Assembly (NCBI GenBank): GCA_033762295.1
Contig: JANRLW010000070.1
Location: forward strand, 1 to 64,000
Source of the DNA: Capsulimonadales bacterium
GTDB lineage: Bacteria > Armatimonadota > Armatimonadia > Armatimonadales > Armatimonadaceae
Length of the DNA stretch: 64,000 nt
Direction of reading: 5' to 3'
Shown here: positions 60,323 through 64,000 of the stretch, in pieces
How the letters are laid out: every line of letters begins with the position of its first letter
Position numbering within the stretch: position 1 is the stretch's first letter
Position numbers and translations under genes: made by a program
Notes under the pieces: model-generated
Told to the model about the DNA's origin: nothing
Databases searched by the model: none
Seen by the model: only the letters and a program-made list of their open reading frames with translations

Positions 60323-60790
60323 ATGCGTTTTCTGGGGGTGGATTACGGAACGAAGCGGGTCGGCCTGGCGGTGGCGGAGGATCCCGGTCTGGGCGCGTAT
60401 CCGCTGACGACCCTGCACCGCTCCCGCTCCCTGAATCATGATCTGGGGGAGATCGTCCGTCTGGCGAAGAAAGAGGAGATCGACGCGATGGTCGTCGGCC
60501 TGCCGGTCAACGCCGACGGGACGGAAGGACCCGCCGCCCGCAACGCCACACAGTTCGCGCGCTCCCTGCTCAAACACACGACGTTGCCGGTCTACCTGTT
60601 CGATGAGTTCCTGACGACGGCGGAGGCGGAGGAGGAACTGCTGGCGGCGGATGTCTCCCGTCGGAAACGGCGCGAGGTCATCGACCGGATGGCGGCCGTC
60701 CACCTGCTGGAAGGCTTCCTGCGCGCCCGCCGCGAGAACAAGATCGCCCCACCGCTCGAAAGAAAGCCCGCCCCGTCCCCGGAATCCTAG
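60323..60790 (+). CDS. ruvX: RuvX/YqgF nuclease
   Basis: LGVDYGTKRVGLA, VVGLP, DEFLTT and IDRMAA. Confidence 0.93.
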   Translation: MRFLGVDYGTKRVGLAVAEDPGLGAYPLTTLHRSRSLNHDLGEIVRLAKKEEIDAMVVGLPVNADGTEGPAARNATQFARSLLKHTTLPVYLFDEFLTTAEAEEELLAADVSRRKRREVIDRMAAVHLLEGFLRARRENKIAPPLERKPAPSPES

Positions 60791-61995
60791 ATGATCTTGT
60801 TGAAGCCCTTGACCTCGCGAACCGGCGTCCGAAGCTGGGTGAGCCAGGCTTTTACGGCGTCGCGAAACTCCGACGGCCAGCGCGGGTTCATGAACGGTTT
60901 CTCGGTGATCAGGAAAAGCGCCGCGCAGATCGCCAGAATGATCGGAGAGAGGACGACGAACTGTAGCAGAACATTCGGCAGGAAGAAGGAAGTGAGGCGC
61001 GGAAGGTGTTGCGTCACCGGAATCAACGCCGACATGATCTGGGAGTGGTAGAGGTAGATCGTATAGCACATGCCGCCGACCACGGTCACGAACGGAAGCC
61101 GCAGGAACCGACCGAAACCGTTCCCGCGGAATCCGGCCACGACAATACCGCAGAGCAGGATCGGTGTGACGATTTCCAGGAGGGTCGCATTTTGCGGCAG
61201 ATACTGAGTCCCGAGCAAAAGAGCGACCGAAACCAGTCCGACCACGTCCCAGGCGCGTGTTCGGGGCAGGTCGGCGGTCCGGGTGGTGCAGTAGAGGTCG
61301 GCCAGGCCCATGCCGAGGACGAAGTAGGCGATCCGGCTGATGACGCACCAGGGAATCGTCTGCGAGAAGAAGGACTGGAACGGCGCAAGAACGGGAATAA
61401 GTAAAAACGGAATCGCATAGCGAACGTGCGTCCGACGAACCGAATAGAGCCGGTGCGCCAGAAACGGAGCGATCAGGTAGAATTGGACCTCATACTCCAG
61501 CGACCAGGTGACGTAGTTAATGGTGCTCGGCTCCTGGTAGATCAGGGTATGGGCATAAAGGATGCTGGCCAGGAAATGCGGCAGCATCGTTCCGGCGTCG
61601 TACTGCCGGAAAAGGAGAAGGGCGGAGGCCACCAGACAGAGATTGATCAGAAACGGTGGCTCGATTCGGGTAAAACGACGGAGAAAATAGGAACGCAGCT
61701 CCACTTTTTTGCCGTCACGAAGGTAGAACTGCGCAAAGGGCAATCCCAGAATGAACCCGCTGACGATAAAGAACAGCAGAACCCCCAGTTCGCTGCGTCG
61801 GAACAGCGGAAGGGCGAGCGACAGGTTCTCGGAAGCGAACGTGGCGCTCAGATGATGTGTCATCCATCCGGCGATGTGAATGATGATGACATGAAGAACG
61901 GCCAGGAAGCGCAGGCCGTCGATCTCGGGAATATAGCGACCGGAAGTGGTAATACGGGAAAATCGGGAGAGAAAAGACGAAAGGCGGTTGGGCAT
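60787..61995 (-). CDS. Acyltransferase family 3
   Basis: IDGLRFLA, FFIVSGFIL, RRFTRIEPP and WSLEYEVQFY. Confidence 0.9.
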   Translation of the reverse strand: MPNRLSSFLSRFSRITTSGRYIPEIDGLRFLAVLHVIIIHIAGWMTHHLSATFASENLSLALPLFRRSELGVLLFFIVSGFILGLPFAQFYLRDGKKVELRSYFLRRFTRIEPPFLINLCLVASALLLFRQYDAGTMLPHFLASILYAHTLIYQEPSTINYVTWSLEYEVQFYLIAPFLAHRLYSVRRTHVRYAIPFLLIPVLAPFQSFFSQTIPWCVISRIAYFVLGMGLADLYCTTRTADLPRTRAWDVVGLVSVALLLGTQYLPQNATLLEIVTPILLCGIVVAGFRGNGFGRFLRLPFVTVVGGMCYTIYLYHSQIMSALIPVTQHLPRLTSFFLPNVLLQFVVLSPIILAICAALFLITEKPFMNPRWPSEFRDAVKAWLTQLRTPVREVKGFNKII

Positions 61996-62444
61996 GGTCT
62001 AGCGGTTTCCGGAAAGGGGAGAAGACGTCATCGAACGGATCACTGAAAACCGAGCAGTCGCCATGAATTCGCTTTCCTTATCACCCGTGGTCGTATGTTT
62101 CCCCGACCGTGTCGGACTCGCCGTCCGGACGACCTGAGGAAACGATGCTCCGTATTGATTATGGCACAAATGAATGGAATTAATAGACGAGCGGAATTCT
62201 CACTGATTTTTGTATGTTATTCCGAAATTGATCAGTAGAGAAACGCTTCCTCTTTATTCCCCCTTTTCCGCGTTTTCAAACGGTTGGTAAAAGCAATTTC
62301 TTGCTTCGACGCCCTGTCGGCCCGAGGGTGTCCGACCCGGACCGGGGGAGGACGAACGGGCGGAACGGCGAAACGTCGGTGAAAGCGGCTCGCGGGCCGC
62401 TTTGCCCGATTTCCCGCGCCGGAGGCGGGAGAACAGGTCCGAAA

Positions 62445-63446
62445 ATGTATAAACGTTTGCGTTGGTTTATCGTCTTTTTGCTGCTGCTGACGCTGGTGGC
62501 GGCCTATCTCGGCGGGACGGCCTACTGGCGATGGCTGCTCGCCCCGGCGGAGCCGACCGTCACCCGCCGTCAACGGATCGTGATCCCGCCCGGAGCGACG
62601 GTGACGGCGGTCGGGCAGCAGTTGGAACGGGAAGGCGTGATCCGTTCCGGACGCGCGTTCGCCTTCCTCGGCAAAGACCGGACGATCAAGCCGGGTACGT
62701 ACGACCTTTCACCGTCGGAGACGCCGGTCGGCCTGCTGCGCCGCCTGGAAAAGGGCGATGTGGCGACGAACCGGGTCACCTTCCCGGAGGGGTTCACCCT
62801 GCGCCAGATCGCCGCGCGACTCGCCCGGCAGGGCTTGATCGCCGACCCCGAGACGTTCCTTAACCTGACGACGACCCGGGGGGGGACCTTCAAGGCGTCG
62901 TTCCGACCCCCGGCCAACCTGGAGGGCTACCTGTTTCCGGATACTTACCTTTTCCCGGTCGGCGATGACGACCGACGGATCGCCCAGCGGATGCTCGATA
63001 ACTTCGACCGGCTTTTCTCGCGCGGCAAGGCGGACGACATCCGGGACTCGGGCCGTACCCTGTCGGAACTGGTCAATGTGGCGGCGATGGTGGAGCGGGA
63101 GGCCGAGACGGAACCGGACCGGGCGACGATCGCGGGAGTTATCTATAACCGTCTGGCCCGAAAAATGCGTCTGGAGATCGATGCGACCGTCCAGTACGCG
63201 CGGGGACAGCACAAGAACCGTCTGCTGTTCCGGGACCTGGAAATCGATTCGCCGTACAACACGTACCGGGTGACCGGGCTGCCGGCGGGGCCGATCTGCT
63301 GTCCGGGACTGCCGAGCCTGGAGGCGGCGCTCCATCCGGAGAAGCACGACTACCTGTTTTACGTCGCCCGTCCGGACGGATCGCATGCGTTTTCGCGCAC
63401 GTTCGCGGAGCATCAACGAAACATCGCCGAGATTCGCCGGAAATAA
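62445..63446 (+). CDS. mltG: Endolytic transglycosylase
   Basis: FPEG, LEGYLFPDTY, VEREA, DSPYNTY...GLP.GPI and YLFYVA. Confidence 0.94.
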   Translation: MYKRLRWFIVFLLLLTLVAAYLGGTAYWRWLLAPAEPTVTRRQRIVIPPGATVTAVGQQLEREGVIRSGRAFAFLGKDRTIKPGTYDLSPSETPVGLLRRLEKGDVATNRVTFPEGFTLRQIAARLARQGLIADPETFLNLTTTRGGTFKASFRPPANLEGYLFPDTYLFPVGDDDRRIAQRMLDNFDRLFSRGKADDIRDSGRTLSELVNVAAMVEREAETEPDRATIAGVIYNRLARKMRLEIDATVQYARGQHKNRLLFRDLEIDSPYNTYRVTGLPAGPICCPGLPSLEAALHPEKHDYLFYVARPDGSHAFSRTFAEHQRNIAEIRRK

Positions 63447-63460
63447 CGAACGGAACCGCC

Positions 63461-63985
63461 ATGCTGAACTCGAACCTGAAACGCCTGATCACGCCGAACC
63501 GGATCGTCCGTCATGTGTCCGATGTGACGGTGGAGTCCCTGCGCGAACGGGGCGTCCGCGCCGTCGTCTCCGACCTGGATAACACGCTGGTCGCCTATCG
63601 TGAGGACCATGCGGCCGAGGAGATCGCGAACTGGCTTCGCCTGTTGCGGGAGGCCGGTTTCGGGGTCTGCCTCGCCTCAAACACGCGGAAACTATCGCGT
63701 CTGCGGCGGATCGCCGACCATTACGGCATCCTGCACGTTCCGGCGAACTGCGGGAAACCCGGCACAAAGGGTTTGCGTCAGGCGCTTCAACTCCTGAACG
63801 TCCCGGCGTCCGAAGCGGCGATGGTCGGCGATCAGGTCTTCACGGACATGGTCGCCGGGAACCGTCTGGGCATGTTGACCATTCTGGTCAACCCTCTGTC
63901 CCGGCAGGAGTTCCTCGGCACGACCCTGATCAGTCGTCGCCTGGAACGGGTGGTCCTGCGCGGCCCCCTCCGCCGCCCGGAATAG
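63461..63985 (+). CDS. yqeG: YqeG-family HAD IIIA phosphatase
   Basis: DLDNTLV, SN, KP and MVGDQVFTD. Confidence 0.9.
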   Translation: MLNSNLKRLITPNRIVRHVSDVTVESLRERGVRAVVSDLDNTLVAYREDHAAEEIANWLRLLREAGFGVCLASNTRKLSRLRRIADHYGILHVPANCGKPGTKGLRQALQLLNVPASEAAMVGDQVFTDMVAGNRLGMLTILVNPLSRQEFLGTTLISRRLERVVLRGPLRRPE

Positions 63986-64000
63986 CGCCGTTCGAAACGA

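Overview
GC-rich bacterial chromosome segment. The prepilin/DUF1559 genes ('[28 protein letters not shown]') and a DUF6785-like transporter suggest Armatimonadota (inference). The backbone carries the dnaJ 3' end, sugar and catabolic genes, a higBA locus with a dead toxin, a paired AAA_35/STAND locus (cyclase-TIR-ATPase plus ATPase-TM-WD40-TPR), tRNA-fMet, ahpC and alaS-ruvX-mltG-yqeG. Downstream of tRNA-fMet are two tandem islands, bounded by three copies of a hairpin plus the tRNA 3' end (about 29952, 41996 and 49709). Island A (about 30.0-42.0 kb) is an organosulfur-scavenging regulon: ssuABC, 2x ssuD, tauD, 2x DUF1559 pilin-like genes and a YezD/DUF2292 gene. Island B (about 42.0-49.7 kb) holds a small peptide-GNAT-diiron oxidase-methyltransferase-GNAT cluster with a LuxR-like regulator. 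The main finding is in island A. All three sulfur promoters share the same leader layout: a sigma70 promoter, then an AT-rich tract (a clear operator-like box in two of them), then a conserved 21-nt hairpin GCTGA-CCYG-TYAW-CRGG-AGGC with a covarying pair, which overlaps the base of a long intrinsic terminator. This looks like an undescribed sulfur-responsive antitermination element, with YezD as the candidate trans factor. All calls come from reading the sequence by eye; no database searches were run.
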